From assembly GCA_964472315.1 (NCBI GenBank), contig CAYYJS010000016.1, positions 265 to 64,264 on the forward strand: a stretch of 64,000 nucleotides of DNA, read 5' to 3'. The notes under the pieces are model-generated. The model saw only the letters and a program-made list of their open reading frames with translations. It did no database searches and was not told the DNA's origin. Made by a program: the position numbers and the translations under genes. Origin of the DNA: an uncultured Victivallales bacterium (GTDB lineage: Bacteria; Verrucomicrobiota; Kiritimatiellia; UBA8416). This document shows positions 18,905 through 28,645 of this stretch, piece after piece (position 1 is the first letter of the stretch; each line of letters starts with the position of its first letter).

Positions 18905-20257
18905 TCAGTCGCTGCCGCCACGCCACTCGACGCCGCCGGCGCCCTGGCCGTCGGGGCCGGGACTGCGCAGCACGAACGAGTCCGGCTCGCGGCGATACAC
19001 AACCAACGCGCCAAACGGCGATACGGGGGCGTTTGTCACCCCGCCCAGCACGGTCAGCGACTCCGGATAGGCGCCCGTCGCCTGCGCGTAAAGCGCCAGC
19101 CGCAACCCCAGGTCGGACATCTGCACGACCGCCTGACGAGCCGCCACCGCCCGCCACGCGCTCCCCAATGCCGGCAGGATCATGCGCGTAAGCGGGCACG
19201 ACACGGACGGTCGGTCGGTCGCCAGACGGCGCAACTCCGTCGCATCGCCCGCCAGGGCCGCCGCCCGATAGGCCGCCATCCGTTCCAGATAGACGCGCGC
19301 GTCCACCTTCAGCATCGGACGGCTCGGATACCATGCATAGTACCGGACCCACTTGGGCAGCCCGAGCCCCTCAAGCTGCTCCGGACTGCCATGCCCGTCC
19401 AGAAACGACAGAAACAGCCACCCGCCGAAGATGATGCGCTCGCCGTCGATGGCGCGGACAAGGGCTTCGTTCCGCGGATCATTCACCTCCTCCAACGCCG
19501 CCACCAGCCCCCATATCCGGGCAGAATCCAGCGCCTTGACCGGCGCCCCGATTATGATCGCGCGCAGGAGATGACACGTGCGTCCATCGCAGGACGCGCG
19601 CGCCAACTGCGAGATAATCACCGGCTCGTACGCCAGTCCGCGCGTCAGCCGCAGGCATCGCCGCAGATCGCCGAGCGCGCCGGATACGTCGCCCCGGTCC
19701 GCGCGCACCCAGGCGCGCGTCGCCAGCAGCCGCACGCAGCCCCGCAACGGGCCGAGGTGCGGCAGCAACACCCCGGCGCCCTGGCTGTAGTCGATGCGAA
19801 ACCGCGCCGGCGCCCCCTCGGCGGCCGCTTCGAGCAGCACGAACACCGGCGCCAGTTCCGGCGCGGCGATGAGGCGCCCGACGGCGGCCCGCCGATCCGG
19901 CCCGAGCGACGGCAACGCATAGGCCGCGTCACCCGTCGGCACATCGCCGTCATGGTAGCGCAGCAACTCCGCGCCAATGGCCGCCGCGCCGGTCGACACG
20001 CCGTCGGCCCGCAATAGCGCAAACGCCTGGAGCAACGGCACGGCGGCGTTCCTACCGTCCGGAACGCTTTCCGGCAGCACGTCCGCCAGCGACATGGGGA
20101 TGCCGGCGGACGCCTGCACGCGAATCGTGTGCGCGAGGCGCCGTCCGGCAACCCAGTTCCATGCCGAATGAGCCACCAGCAACACCGCGGTCGCGGCCGC
20201 CGCGACCGTGACCAGTCGTCCGGTCCGCGTCGTCTTTGTGCGTCTATTCGCCTGCAT
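18905..20257 (-). CDS. Hypothetical membrane-anchored protein
   Basis: Basic N-terminus plus TM (LVTVAAAATAVLLVAHSAW), then an alpha-helical Ala/Leu-rich body. No motif recognised. Confidence 0.5.
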   Translation of the reverse strand: MQANRRTKTTRTGRLVTVAAAATAVLLVAHSAWNWVAGRRLAHTIRVQASAGIPMSLADVLPESVPDGRNAAVPLLQAFALLRADGVSTGAAAIGAELLRYHDGDVPTGDAAYALPSLGPDRRAAVGRLIAAPELAPVFVLLEAAAEGAPARFRIDYSQGAGVLLPHLGPLRGCVRLLATRAWVRADRGDVSGALGDLRRCLRLTRGLAYEPVIISQLARASCDGRTCHLLRAIIIGAPVKALDSARIWGLVAALEEVNDPRNEALVRAIDGERIIFGGWLFLSFLDGHGSPEQLEGLGLPKWVRYYAWYPSRPMLKVDARVYLERMAAYRAAALAGDATELRRLATDRPSVSCPLTRMILPALGSAWRAVAARQAVVQMSDLGLRLALYAQATGAYPESLTVLGGVTNAPVSPFGALVVYRREPDSFVLRSPGPDGQGAGGVEWRGGSD

Positions 20258-20318
20258 GCTCCGTGCTCCTTGCATCCAGACCGATCCGCCGCGCAACCGC
20301 AATCTGCCGGCCTGCCGG

Positions 20319-21797
20319 TTACACGATGTACGTCGATGCCGACGTCGATCCGCCGCGTCCGGTCCAATTCGTGTGGAAGAACTCGCCGCGCGGTTTGTCC
20401 ACCCGCTCGTAGGTGTGCGCACCGAAGTAGTCGCGCTGCGCCTGCAACAGGTTCGCCGGCAGACGAGCGCTACGGAAACCGTCGTAATATGCCAGCGCCG
20501 AACTCATCGCCGGCATCGGGATCCCGAGCTCGATGGCCGTTACCGCCACGCGCCGCCACGCATCCTGCGCCTTGACGACCGCATTGCGGAAGAACGGGTC
20601 CAACAGCAGATTCGTCAGCGCCGGGTTCTTCTCGAACGCATCCTTGATCTTCCCGAGGAAGGCGGAACGGATGATGCAGCCGCCGCGCCACATGAGCGCG
20701 ATGCCGCCGTAGTTCAGGTTCCATCCATACGTCGCCGCGGCCGCGCGCATGAGCTGGTAGCCCTGGGCGTACGACACGATCTTCGAGGCGTACAGCGCCT
20801 GTTCGAGGTCCTTGACGAGCTGCCGCCGGTCGCCCTCGACCACCGCGTCCGGGCCGCGCAGGCTCTTCGACGCGACCACGCGTTCGTCCTTGATCGCCGA
20901 GAGACACCGCGCGAAGACCGCCTCGCCGATCAATGTCAGCGGCATGCCTTCATCGAGGGCGGCGATCGCCGTCCATTTGCCGGTGCCCTTCTGGCCGGCC
21001 GTGTCAAGGATGAGGTCGATCGTTTCGTTGCCGTCCTCATCGGTGTAGCCGAGAATGTCGCGCGTGATCTCGATGAGATAGGAATCGAGCTTGCCGCGGT
21101 TCCATGTCGCGAAGACCTTGGCCATTTCGGCGTTGGTCATCCCAAGGCCGTCCTTCATCATCTGGTACGTCTCGCAGATCATCTGCATATCGCCGTACTC
21201 GATGCCGTTATGCACCATCTTGACGAAGTGACCGGCGCCGTTCTCCCCGACCCAGTCGCAGCAAGGCTCGCCGGCATCGGTCTGCGCGGAGATCTTCTGG
21301 AAGATGCGTCGCACGGACTTCCACGCCGCCTTGGAGCCGCCAGGCATGATCGACGGGCCCAGCAAGGCGCCTTCCTCGCCGCCGCTCACGCCCGTGCCGA
21401 TATAGAGCAGTCCCTTGCTCTCCACGTAGGCCGTGCGCCGGATGGTGTCCGGGAAATGCGAATTGCCGCCGTCGATGATGATGTCGCCCTGCTCCAGATG
21501 CGGAACGACCTGCTCGATGAAGGCGTCTACGGCGCTGCCGGCCTTGACCATGAGCATGACCTTGCGCGGACGGGCCAGCATCGCGCAAAACGCTTCGATC
21601 GAATGCGCGCCGACGATCGTCTTGCCGGCCGCACGGCCGTTGATAAAGTCATCCACCTTGCTGGTCGTGCGATTGTAGCACGCCACGGTAAACCCTTTGC
21701 TCGCCATGTTGAGAATGAGGTTCTCACCCATGACCGCCAACCCGACCACGCCAATGTCCGCCAACTCCGTCTTCGCCGTCTTCCGCTTCGCCGTCAT
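20319..21797 (-). CDS. gnd: 6-phosphogluconate dehydrogenase (decarboxylating)
   Basis: IGVVGLAVMGENLILNMASKGF...GGNSHF...GTGVSGGEEGA...KMVHNGIEYGDMQ. Confidence 0.95.
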   Translation of the reverse strand: MTAKRKTAKTELADIGVVGLAVMGENLILNMASKGFTVACYNRTTSKVDDFINGRAAGKTIVGAHSIEAFCAMLARPRKVMLMVKAGSAVDAFIEQVVPHLEQGDIIIDGGNSHFPDTIRRTAYVESKGLLYIGTGVSGGEEGALLGPSIMPGGSKAAWKSVRRIFQKISAQTDAGEPCCDWVGENGAGHFVKMVHNGIEYGDMQMICETYQMMKDGLGMTNAEMAKVFATWNRGKLDSYLIEITRDILGYTDEDGNETIDLILDTAGQKGTGKWTAIAALDEGMPLTLIGEAVFARCLSAIKDERVVASKSLRGPDAVVEGDRRQLVKDLEQALYASKIVSYAQGYQLMRAAAATYGWNLNYGGIALMWRGGCIIRSAFLGKIKDAFEKNPALTNLLLDPFFRNAVVKAQDAWRRVAVTAIELGIPMPAMSSALAYYDGFRSARLPANLLQAQRDYFGAHTYERVDKPRGEFFHTNWTGRGGSTSASTYIV

Positions 21798-21881
21798 GAT
21801 CTCGCTCTCCTTATCTGGAGCGTCATCCGCCCCTGTGCAACCCGACAATCCGGATCCCGCACCGCGTCGGGACCTTCGCCA

Positions 21882-22739
21882 CTATACACCGCTGAAGGCC
21901 GAGAACCCGCCATCGACCGGGATCACGGCACCCGTCACGAACCCCGCGGCTTCATCCGATACCAGCCACAGCAACACGCCGACCAGGTCGTCCGGACTGC
22001 CGAATTTGCCCATGGGCGTGTGACTGATGATGGTGGTGCCGCGCGGTGTGAGAGACCCGTCGCTCCTGGTCAGCAGGGCGCGGTTCTGATCGGTCAGAAA
22101 GAAGCCCGGCGCGATCGCGTTGACGCGAATGTTGACCTTCGACATATGCACCGCCAGCCATTGGGTGAAGTTGCTCACCGCGGCCTTGGCGCCGCTGTAC
22201 GCCGGAATCTTGGTCAACGGCGTGAACGCATTCATCGACGAAATGTTCACGACGGTCCCGCGGCCGCGCTCGGCCATGCCGCGCGCGAATGCCTGCGTCG
22301 GCAACAGCGTGCCCAGGAAGTTCAGGTTGAACACGAATTGGATACCATTGGGGTCCAGGTCGAAAAACGTCACGACACCCTCGACCTTCGCCTTCAGATC
22401 GTCGGGCAGGAGATACTCCTTGCTCGTCGTTCCCTTCGGGTGATTCCCGCCGGCGCCGTTGACCAGGATGTCGACCGGCCCCAGCGCGGACTCGACTTCG
22501 GCGACCGCGCCCTTGAGACTCTCCATCTCGAGCACGTTGCACGCGACACCGATCGCCTTCCCGCCGTCCGCCACGATCGCGTCCGCCACCCCCTGGGCCG
22601 CTTCCTTCCGCAGGTCCGCCACCGCGACCGACGCGCCCGACGCCGCCAGCGCCTTCGCCATGCGTCCGCACAGAACCCCACCGCCACCGGTCACCACGGC
22701 CACCTTGCCAGTCAAATCGACGCCAAAACCTCCGCCCAT
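21882..22739 (-). CDS. SDR-family oxidoreductase (mannonate/gluconate-5-dehydrogenase-like)
   Basis: LTGKVAVVTGGGGVLCG, NGAGGN and the YSGAKAAV catalytic motif. ATG 22739 is preceded by AAGGA; ATG 22757 is an alternative. Confidence 0.8.
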   Translation of the reverse strand: MGGGFGVDLTGKVAVVTGGGGVLCGRMAKALAASGASVAVADLRKEAAQGVADAIVADGGKAIGVACNVLEMESLKGAVAEVESALGPVDILVNGAGGNHPKGTTSKEYLLPDDLKAKVEGVVTFFDLDPNGIQFVFNLNFLGTLLPTQAFARGMAERGRGTVVNISSMNAFTPLTKIPAYSGAKAAVSNFTQWLAVHMSKVNIRVNAIAPGFFLTDQNRALLTRSDGSLTPRGTTIISHTPMGKFGSPDDLVGVLLWLVSDEAAGFVTGAVIPVDGGFSAFSGV

Positions 22740-22809
22740 GTCATTCCGTCCTTTCATCGGCCCGCGCACGACCGGCGACGCTCCCGCGTCGCGCCACGCG
22801 CGGGCAGGT

Positions 22810-24081
22810 TCATGCAAACCGCCCACGATAGGCCCAGAGCCCGATCGCGGGGTTCGAGATGTAGAAAATGCGCTCGCCGTCCGCCAAGGTGTTGAACCCG
22901 TCCTTGAGCGTGCGGGCATCGTACCGCTTGGACATCGCCGCGAGATCGCCGTACACGTAGTTGACACCCTCGATCTCGGCCGCGGTCAGGCGCCCCGGAC
23001 AGTAGGTAATCCGGAACCGCCCCTCGGACGATCCGTGTATCAAGTGCGCCGCGGCGCTGAGATTCGCTTCGAGGTCCGGGTTGGCCTTCAACTGCCGCAA
23101 CACCTCCGGCGTCCCGACATAGCCGTACTTCCGGATCAACCGATCGATCTCGGCGTCCTCGCCGAACTCCTTCACGCCCGGCGCGAGCACGACCAATTCG
23201 CCGCCATCCGCGATCGCCATGCGGGTCCGGTAGATGCTCTTGTTGCCAAGCCATGTGCTCTTGAACTCCGCGGGATCCAGATGGACCACCACCTTGTCGA
23301 GCGGGGCATCCAGCATCGCGAAGTTTACTTCGAGCGACAACGCCGCCGCCTTCTCGAAACACTCGACATCGTCGCCGACGAATAATCCGCGCGTCACCAA
23401 CCCGCCTTCCGGAGCGCGGCCGACCACCGTGTGGACATAGACGATCGGCAGGTGCGTCGCGAAGTGGTCCGACGCATAGTTCAACACCCGCCGCACGGGC
23501 GTATCCGCCCGCCCCATGATGCGCTCCATGCCGTACGCGGCCCCCAGAAAATGGCTCTTGTTGATGCCTTCCGGGCCGCCGGTGCCAACAAAGATGTTCT
23601 TGTTGTAGTTCGCCATGCCGATGACTTCGTGCGGCACGACCTGGCCGATCGACAGGATCAGATCGAAATCGCCCTCCGCCAGCAGGGTGGCCACCTGCGC
23701 CGGCCAGGCGTAGTCGACGGCGCCTCCGGACTCGCGCCGCACGTACGCCGCCGGCACCTCCCCCAACGTCGTCACGCCGCGGCGCCAATCGTGCACCCGG
23801 AACCGGTCCCGGGGAATGGCGCCGAACATCGTCGCGAGCTGCTCCGGCGTCATCGGCGAATGCGTCCCCAGCGCCGGCAGAATATCCGTCAACCGATCGC
23901 CGTAGTAGGCATACGCGTACCGGGTCAATTCCCCGGCCCGCGAATGGAAGCGCGTGAAATCCGGCGGGATCGCCAGCACGCGTTTGCGCTCGCCAATACG
24001 GCCCAGCGCCTCGTTAAGACCAACCCTCAAATCGTCGGCGCTCAAGACATCGCCGGATGAGCCGCGGCTATAGTAGAGCAT
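22810..24081 (-). CDS. LarA-like (DUF2088) nickel-pincer-type racemase/epimerase family protein
   Basis: N-terminal LarA-like fold, VLAIPPDFTRFHS...GQVVPHEVIGMANYNKNIFVGTGG with His and Lys at the positions used by LarA. Confidence 0.6.
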   Translation of the reverse strand: MLYYSRGSSGDVLSADDLRVGLNEALGRIGERKRVLAIPPDFTRFHSRAGELTRYAYAYYGDRLTDILPALGTHSPMTPEQLATMFGAIPRDRFRVHDWRRGVTTLGEVPAAYVRRESGGAVDYAWPAQVATLLAEGDFDLILSIGQVVPHEVIGMANYNKNIFVGTGGPEGINKSHFLGAAYGMERIMGRADTPVRRVLNYASDHFATHLPIVYVHTVVGRAPEGGLVTRGLFVGDDVECFEKAAALSLEVNFAMLDAPLDKVVVHLDPAEFKSTWLGNKSIYRTRMAIADGGELVVLAPGVKEFGEDAEIDRLIRKYGYVGTPEVLRQLKANPDLEANLSAAAHLIHGSSEGRFRITYCPGRLTAAEIEGVNYVYGDLAAMSKRYDARTLKDGFNTLADGERIFYISNPAIGLWAYRGRFA

Positions 24082-24193
24082 GTAACTGACCTTCCCTTAC
24101 GCATCGCGCGACGGCCCTGTCCGGCACCCGCGACATGTGGGGCAACCATACCGCCAAGCCGGGGCGCACATCAAGACCAATTCTGGATCCTGA

Positions 24194-24579
24194 ATTCGTC
24201 TGTTCTCCGGCCTGGGCATCGAGCCGGCATGGGACTGGTCGAAGACCAACCCCGTAGTGCACCTGAGCCTGACCAAGACGTCCACCACGAGCCCTGAAGT
24301 TCTCGAGGAGAGCCTGTGGCGTCTGGTCGAAAACCGGGCTGCCGAGGATGGGATCGCAATCGCCGCAACCAACTCCACACAGACTCTGCCCGAACTGCTC
24401 CGGCGACTTCACGCCAAGACCGGCCGGCGCGTGGTGGTGATCGTGGTCGAGGCAGCCACATGGGCCGCACCGATGCCGGTCTGAAGACCGCCGCGGCGAT
24501 CTACGTGATCGAGTTCATACTCGGCACGCCGGAGGAGGCGCAGGCGCAGATCAAGATGACGGCAGACGATCGACCTTAG
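24194..24579 (+). pseudogene. Relic of an AAA-ATPase / PD-(D/E)XK (PDDEXK_9-type) family gene, frameshifted and internally deleted
   Basis: One frame reads LFSGLGIEPAWDWSKTNPVVHLSL...LHAKTGRRVVVIVVE, the N-terminal ATPase part. A second frame reads AAIYVIEFILGTPEEAQAQIK, the C-terminal nuclease end. An upstream in-frame stop lies at 24191. Confidence 0.55.
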
Positions 24580-24799
24580 AAGATGGCAGGACCGGCCTTT
24601 TCGTTCGCGTGGATCGGCGGAGCGTGGTAGTCTGTCGGCGACTTGGGGCACTGGGAGGTTCCGTTTATAGCCGGGTCAAGCCGGTTCGATGTGGACCGCC
24701 GCGTCGGCTTCGTCCCCCGTGAAGGCGGGTTTTGCTTGATATGGCGCGCCCCAATCGATTAGATGTGCGGCCCACAAGAGGAAGGAAAGGGAAAACCGT

Positions 24800-25639
24800 A
24801 TGGGCTGGTTCAAACGATCACAGGACCGGGAAGCGGCGCCGGTCTCCGACGACCTGTACGTCGCCTGCTCGAAATGCAAGGCCCACATCTTCAAGGAGGA
24901 GTGGAACACCAACCATAAGGTCTGTCCGAAGTGCAACCATCACGAACGGCTCACCTATCAGGAACGACTCGACCTGATCGTCGATCCGGGCACCTTCCGC
25001 GAGTTCAACCAGCACATCAAGCCGTCCGACCCCCTTGCGTTCGTCGACGGCAAGGGCAGCTATGCGGATAAGGCCGCGGAGACGGCGACGGCGACGGGGA
25101 TGAACGAGGCTATCGTAACCGGCAGCGGCAACATCAACGGCATCCGTATCGTACTGGGCGTCATGGACTTCCGATTTCTGGGCGGCTCGCTGGCCAGCGG
25201 CACCGGCGAGAAGATTCTCCTGGCCGCCGAGCATGCCCTGCGCTTCAAACGAGCGCTTGTCCTGTTCTCCGCCTCCGGCGGCGCGCGCATGCACGAGGGC
25301 ATCATCTCGCTCATGCAGATGGCCAAGACATGCGCCGCCATCGCCAAGATCGAGAAGGCCGGACTGCCGTACATTTCGGTGATGACCGACCCGACTTTCG
25401 GCGGCGTCTCCGCGAGTTACGCGATGGTCGGCGACATCAACATCGCCGAACCGGGCGCCATGATCGGTTTCGCGGGCCGCCGCGTGATCGAACAGACCAT
25501 CAAACAGAAGCTCCCGGATGACTTCCAGACGGCCGAGTACCTGCTGGATCACGGGTTCATCGACGCCATCGTGAACCGCGGCGAGATGAAGGATTTCCTG
25601 CACAAGGTGCTGCTCTACAGCGGCCGCAAGAAAGGATAG
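24800..25639 (+). CDS. accD: Acetyl-CoA carboxylase carboxyltransferase beta subunit
   Basis: Zn ribbon CSKCKAHI...CPKCNHH, then the crotonase-like carboxyltransferase domain. Confidence 0.95.
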   Translation: MGWFKRSQDREAAPVSDDLYVACSKCKAHIFKEEWNTNHKVCPKCNHHERLTYQERLDLIVDPGTFREFNQHIKPSDPLAFVDGKGSYADKAAETATATGMNEAIVTGSGNINGIRIVLGVMDFRFLGGSLASGTGEKILLAAEHALRFKRALVLFSASGGARMHEGIISLMQMAKTCAAIAKIEKAGLPYISVMTDPTFGGVSASYAMVGDINIAEPGAMIGFAGRRVIEQTIKQKLPDDFQTAEYLLDHGFIDAIVNRGEMKDFLHKVLLYSGRKKG

Positions 25640-25647
25640 CCCGAGCC

Positions 25648-26607
25648 ATGGAACTCGATTTCGAGAAAGAGATCACGGACGTCGAGCAGCGCATTGCCGA
25701 GATCACCCGGCAGTGCGAGCAGAACGCCAACGAGGAGATGGAAGGCGAACTCGCGACGCTCAAGCGCAAGATGAAGGCCCTGAGCAAGAAGCTCTACGCC
25801 TCGCTCACCGCCTGGCAGACCGTGCAGATCGCACGACATGCCGACCGACCGCTGCTGCGGGACTTCATCGCCGGCATGTGCTCGGACTTCGTCGAACTTC
25901 ACGGCGACCGCAATGTCGGCGACGATCGCGCCATGGCCGGCGGCTTTGCCACCATCGACGGCGAGCGCGTCATGCTGATCGGCATGGTCAAAGGGCGTAC
26001 CGTCGACGAGAAAGTGACCTGCAACTTCGGCATGCCGAACCCCGAGGGCTACCGCAAAGCCCTGCGCTTGATGCGGCTCGCCGAGAAGTACGACTTGCCG
26101 ATCGTGTGCCTGATTGACACGCCGGCCGCCTATCCCGGCCGCGAGGCCGAGGAACGCGGCCAGGCTGAAGCCATCGCCCGCAACCTCACGGAAATGGCGA
26201 AACTCGAGGTGCCCATCGTCGTCGTCATCACCGGCGAAGGCGGCAGCGGCGGGGCTCTCGGCATCGCCGTCGGCGATGCCGTGCTCATGCTCTCGCACGC
26301 CGTCTACTCGGTGATCCCGCCCGAAGGGTGCGCCGCCATCCTCTGGCGCGATGCCGCCAAGGCGCCGGAGGCCGCGCAGGCGCTCAAGATAACCGCCGAT
26401 TCGCTGCTGGCGCTCGGGGTGATCGACGAGATCGTTCCGGAACCGCCCGGGGGCGCCCACCGCGATGCCAACGCGACCATCGCCGCCACGAAGGAGGCCG
26501 TCCTGCGCCACGTGCGCACGCTGAAGCGGATCCGTTCGCGCCGCCATCTCGTCGAACGTCGTTACCAGAAGTTCGCCCGCTTCGGGCGGTTCCAGAAGAC
26601 CCGGTAG
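25648..26607 (+). CDS. accA: Acetyl-CoA carboxylase carboxyltransferase alpha subunit
   Basis: LDFEKEI..VEQRI...ARHADRP...IDTPGAYPG..AEERGQAEAIA. Confidence 0.95.
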   Translation: MELDFEKEITDVEQRIAEITRQCEQNANEEMEGELATLKRKMKALSKKLYASLTAWQTVQIARHADRPLLRDFIAGMCSDFVELHGDRNVGDDRAMAGGFATIDGERVMLIGMVKGRTVDEKVTCNFGMPNPEGYRKALRLMRLAEKYDLPIVCLIDTPAAYPGREAEERGQAEAIARNLTEMAKLEVPIVVVITGEGGSGGALGIAVGDAVLMLSHAVYSVIPPEGCAAILWRDAAKAPEAAQALKITADSLLALGVIDEIVPEPPGGAHRDANATIAATKEAVLRHVRTLKRIRSRRHLVERRYQKFARFGRFQKTR

Positions 26608-26642
26608 TTGTCCAGGATTGCCAATCAGGAGAAGATAACCCT

Positions 26643-28631
26643 ATGCCAACGAAGAAGAAAACGACCCGCAAGACCGCGGCGACAGCCGCGACGACGCCCC
26701 CCGTCGAGACGATCACCGGCGCCGCCAAGCGCATCCCGCTGCGGATTACCGATACGACCCTACGGGATGCCCATCAGTCCCTCTGGGCCACCCGCATGCG
26801 CAGCAAGGACATCATGGGCATCATCGACACCATCGATCAGGCCGGTTACTACTCCCTCGAAGTCTGGGGTGGCGCCACCTTCGACGTGTGCCTGCGCTTC
26901 CTCCGCGAAAACCCGTGGGAACGTCTGCGCCAGATCAAGAAGCACGCCCCGCGTACTCCGCTGCAGATGCTGCTGCGCGGCCAGAACATCCTGGGCTACA
27001 AGAACTACCCGGACGACGTTCTGTACCGCTTTGCCGAACTGGCCGTGCGCAACGGCTGCGACATCTTCCGCATCTTCGACGCGCTCAACGACACGCGCAA
27101 TCTCGAACAGGCCATCAAGGCGGTGAAGAAGGCGGGCGGCCACGCGCAGGGCACGCTCTCCTATACGATCAGCCCCGTGCACACGATCGCCGAGTACGTG
27201 CGCGTGGCAAAGGAACAGGTCGCCATCGGCATCGATTCCCTCTGCATCAAGGACATGGCCGGCATCCTGACGCCAATCATGGCCGAGAAACTCGTCTCGG
27301 CCCTCGTCCGAGAAATCAGCGTACCGATCCAGATCCATTCGCACATGACCAGCGGCATGGCCACGGCCACGTGCGTGGAGGCGGTGCGCGCCGGCGCCGG
27401 CGCGATCGACTGCGCCATCTCGGTGATGGCATGCCGCTCCTCGCAGCCTCCGGTCGAGACGATGCTGGCGATCTTCGACGAGACTCCCTACCACGCCAAT
27501 CTCAACGTCGAGGCGCTGCGCAAGATCTGCGCGTTCTTCACCGAACTCGCGCCCCAGCGCCAACTCGGGAACGATCCGATCAACCCGATCGATCCGGAGA
27601 TCCTGATCCACCATATCCCCGGCGGTATGATCTCCAACCTGCGCTCGCAACTGGCGCAGCAGAACGCCCTCGACCGCCTGCCGGAAGTGCTGGCCGAACT
27701 GCCGCGCTGCCGCGCCGACATGGGCTATCCGCCGCTCGTCACGCCGACCAGCCAGATTGTCGGCGTGCAAGCCGTGCTCAATGTCCTTTCCGGCGAACGT
27801 TACGCGATGATCACCGAGGAGACCCGGAACTACGTGAAGGGCCAGTACGGCCGCGCGCCGGCGCCGATCGATTCGAAGCTGCTGCACAAGGTGCTCGGCA
27901 AAGACAAACCCATTACCTGCCGGCCGGCCGACCTGCTGGAGCCGATGCTGCCCACGGCGACCAACGGCATCCCCGGCGGTCTGATCGAGTCCGAGGAGGA
28001 CGTCATCTCCTACTGCCTGTTCCCCGAACAGGCTCTGGAATACTTCCGCTGGCGCGCCATGCCCACCGAACAGCGGCCGTCCCCGCCGGCGGATATCGAG
28101 ATGAAGAAGCAGGCGGATGCCGCAAAACCGACCCCGCCCGCCAAAGCCGAACCCGCGCGCCGGCTGCTCTCCGATCAGGATTACCGCGAACTGGGCACGC
28201 TGATCGACAAGGTGGCCGCGCTGAACCTGAACGAGTTCACGATCCGGCGCAACGACCTGAACGTCAGCCTCAAGGCGGCGGGCATCGCCGCCGGCACGAT
28301 CGCCACCCCCGCGGCCGAAGTGGTGCCGACAACCCCGGTCGAAGTTCCCGCGGCGCCACCCGCGGCGCCCGCGACACCCGCGGCGCCGGAGGGCGAGTCG
28401 ATCAAGGCGCCGTTGAACGGGACGTTCTATCGGTCGGCCGGCCCCGGCCAGCCAAAGTTCGCCGAGGAAGGCCAGACCGTCGCGAAGGACGCGCCCGTCT
28501 GTATCGTCGAGGCCATGAAGCTGTTCAATCAGATCAAGGCGCCAAAAGCCTGCACGGTGGTGAAGTTCCTGGTCAACCACGGCGACGCCGTCACGAAGGG
28601 CCAGCCGCTTGCCGTCATCGTGGACGCCTAG
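26643..28631 (+). CDS. Oxaloacetate-decarboxylase-alpha / pyruvate-carboxylase-B type carboxyltransferase fused to a complete AccB-like biotin carboxyl carrier
   Basis: ITDTTLRDAHQSL... (5S/OadA carboxyltransferase), a Pro/Ala linker, an AccB-like N-domain (LIDKVAALNLNEFTIRRNDLNVSLK) and a biotinyl motif CIVEAMKLFNQI. AGGAG lies upstream of ATG 26643. Confidence 0.85.
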   Translation: MPTKKKTTRKTAATAATTPPVETITGAAKRIPLRITDTTLRDAHQSLWATRMRSKDIMGIIDTIDQAGYYSLEVWGGATFDVCLRFLRENPWERLRQIKKHAPRTPLQMLLRGQNILGYKNYPDDVLYRFAELAVRNGCDIFRIFDALNDTRNLEQAIKAVKKAGGHAQGTLSYTISPVHTIAEYVRVAKEQVAIGIDSLCIKDMAGILTPIMAEKLVSALVREISVPIQIHSHMTSGMATATCVEAVRAGAGAIDCAISVMACRSSQPPVETMLAIFDETPYHANLNVEALRKICAFFTELAPQRQLGNDPINPIDPEILIHHIPGGMISNLRSQLAQQNALDRLPEVLAELPRCRADMGYPPLVTPTSQIVGVQAVLNVLSGERYAMITEETRNYVKGQYGRAPAPIDSKLLHKVLGKDKPITCRPADLLEPMLPTATNGIPGGLIESEEDVISYCLFPEQALEYFRWRAMPTEQRPSPPADIEMKKQADAAKPTPPAKAEPARRLLSDQDYRELGTLIDKVAALNLNEFTIRRNDLNVSLKAAGIAAGTIATPAAEVVPTTPVEVPAAPPAAPATPAAPEGESIKAPLNGTFYRSAGPGQPKFAEEGQTVAKDAPVCIVEAMKLFNQIKAPKACTVVKFLVNHGDAVTKGQPLAVIVDA

Positions 28632-28645
28632 GCGACGCGACCGTT

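Noticed and set aside
17462-20017. 851-aa + strand ORF (also 16242-17480 -, 20208-22895 +, 26760-29357 -, 37760-39967 +, 30395-31891 +, 33427-34875 +, 43553-44875 -)
   Set aside because: All lie antisense to, or out of frame with, genes that carry strong family motifs. All have the Arg/Gly/Pro-rich composition of shadow ORFs.
24640-24720. GGTTCGAT T-loop-like sequence, considered as a tRNA
   Set aside because: No acceptor, D or anticodon stems can be drawn around it.
26328-26642. N-terminal extension of the carboxyltransferase::BCCP ORF
   Set aside because: The extension overlaps the accA 3' end in another frame and is Arg-rich. ATG 26643 has an AGGAG ribosome-binding site, and the conserved domain begins shortly after it.
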